From a virus (Duplodnaviria; Caudoviricetes), in the IMG/VR virus record IMGVR_UViG_3300043407_000177, positions 1-26,881 of that record: a stretch of 26,881 bases of DNA; one strand, given 5' to 3'. Of the stretch, positions 25,669 through 26,881 are shown in pieces; the stretch's first letter is position 1; the number at the start of each line of letters is the position of its first letter. The notes beneath the pieces were generated by a model, which did no database searches, was not told the origin of the DNA, and saw only the letters and a program-made list of their open reading frames with translations. The position numbers were made by a program, and so were the translations under genes.

Positions 25669-26881
25669 ATGACTATCAAATCTCTTTACCCCGCATCACG
25701 TCCAGCCCTGGGCATTGACTTTGCAAAGACCAAACGCTTGGACCCCAGGGTTACGTTTACGCGGGCCAGCACGGCAACGTTTGTGGGGTCCGACGGGTTG
25801 ATCAAGACTGCTGCTGCTGGTGTCCCGCGTTTCGATCACAACCCGACGACGGGGGAAAGCCTTGGGCTGATGGTGGAACCAGCGGCTACAAATTTTAATA
25901 CAAATAGTGGAGGATTTAGTGGATGGGGATCGGTAAACGGTGGAGGTTATTCTGCTGATGTAGGAATCGCACCAGACAATACATTTACTGCCGATTTATT
26001 TGATTCTGCTGGCGGAGGATATATGCAAAAACAGATTGCCTATGCAGCAGGGCAAACATATACCTTTAGTGCTTTTGTTAAGCCCGGCCTGGGTAGTGTT
26101 GTGCGCATACAAATATACAATGTAGGGTATACTGGGGAATTTAGGGCTACTTTTGACTTATCAAACAACACTTTTTCTCATGAAAATTTTAGCCCTTCGG
26201 TAGTAACTGTAACCAATCAAGGGATAGATAATTATCTAAACGGGTGGAAAAGAATAAAAATATCTTTTAATTTTACAACTGCTTCTTCTTCGTTAATTAG
26301 CTTATCGTTTTGGCACGATTTCGCGGGGCGAAATAATTATTACGCTTGGGGGATCCAGATAGAAGCAGGCTCCTTCCCCACCTCCTACATCCCCACTTCC
26401 GGCTCCACCGTCACCCGCACACCAGACGTCGCCACCCTGTCCAACGCCAACTCCAGCATCTTCCCGACCTCTGCTTTCACCACGGTCAACTCCCCTTTCG
26501 GCACAGCCGGTGGCGGGTCCACGGTGAAGCTGGTTGGCCCCACGATCAAACGCACGGCCATCTACGACGGGGACTTGACCCAGGCTCAAATCAATGCCCT
26601 GGCTGGAGTCAATGACAACTTCTGGCGCTGGCGGGTCCTGGGCGCTACTTTTGCGCTGCCGAACTTCACGACAAACGGAAGCGTCACGGTGGACTGGGGC
26701 GACGGCACGGTGCAGACATTGACCACTGGTGTCTATACGTTCACCAATGGTGGCGGGTATCACGACATTGGGTTCCGGTTGAATAGTGGCACGTTCTTTA
26801 AGCCGAACATCAACAACAATGCAACGTACAAAGATCGAGTGATTGCCGTTGGGCCGGCTCCAGCCAGCATGAAGGCTGATG
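25669..26881 (+). CDS. second fibre/spike protein, 3'-truncated by the window edge (not in the ORF track)
   Basis: The frame is open from ATG 25669 to the window end: MTIKSLYPASRPALGIDFAKTKRLDPRVTFTRASTATF...PRFDHNPTTGESLGLMVEPAATN...WGIQIEAGSFPTSYIPTSGSTVTRTPD...VTVDWGDGT. Confidence 0.88.
   Translation, partial: MTIKSLYPASRPALGIDFAKTKRLDPRVTFTRASTATFVGSDGLIKTAAAGVPRFDHNPTTGESLGLMVEPAATNFNTNSGGFSGWGSVNGGGYSADVGIAPDNTFTADLFDSAGGGYMQKQIAYAAGQTYTFSAFVKPGLGSVVRIQIYNVGYTGEFRATFDLSNNTFSHENFSPSVVTVTNQGIDNYLNGWKRIKISFNFTTASSSLISLSFWHDFAGRNNYYAWGIQIEAGSFPTSYIPTSGSTVTRTPDVATLSNANSSIFPTSAFTTVNSPFGTAGGGSTVKLVGPTIKRTAIYDGDLTQAQINALAGVNDNFWRWRVLGATFALPNFTTNGSVTVDWGDGTVQTLTTGVYTFTNGGGYHDIGFRLNSGTFFKPNINNNATYKDRVIAVGPAPASMKAD

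Noticed and set aside
26302-26763. ORF-track entries 26302-26763 (-) and 26346-26615 (+)
   Set aside because: Both overlap the open frame starting at 25669, which the track missed because it has no stop within the window.
1-26881. CRISPR arrays, tRNAs, introns/inteins, DGR template repeats, integrase or att sites
   Set aside because: None could be recognised by eye. Intergenic space is minimal and core genes have typical uninterrupted lengths.

Overview
The window is the replication-to-morphogenesis core of a GC-rich T7-like podovirus (Autographiviridae-type) genome or prophage. Gene order and protein motifs resemble picocyanobacterial podoviruses; that host assignment is an inference. All credible genes are on the + strand. 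In order: primase/helicase (5'-truncated), NrdR-like Zn-ribbon protein, small putative DNA-binding protein, HNH-AP2 endonuclease, 5'-3' exonuclease, two small pre-portal proteins, portal, a small overlapping gene, scaffold, a minimal C5-cytosine-methyltransferase-like gene, major capsid protein, terminator, tail tubular proteins A and B, gp13-like protein, three internal virion proteins (gp14/15/16 positions), a T7-gp17-type tail fibre, and a second fibre gene running off the window. The most notable points are: (1) no DNA polymerase between helicase and exonuclease; (2) a 2362-aa gp16-position protein with ParB-like and HExxH metallopeptidase-like modules, resembling a polyvalent protein; (3) a gp15-position protein ending in tandem M15 peptidase and RlpA-like domains; (4) an orphan short methyltransferase with a C9 tract, placed behind a terminator between scaffold and capsid; (5) a structured capsid leader; (6) an overprinted gene at the portal 3' end; (7) an in-frame AT-rich cassette in the last fibre gene. 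All family calls come from motif recognition by eye; no searches were run.
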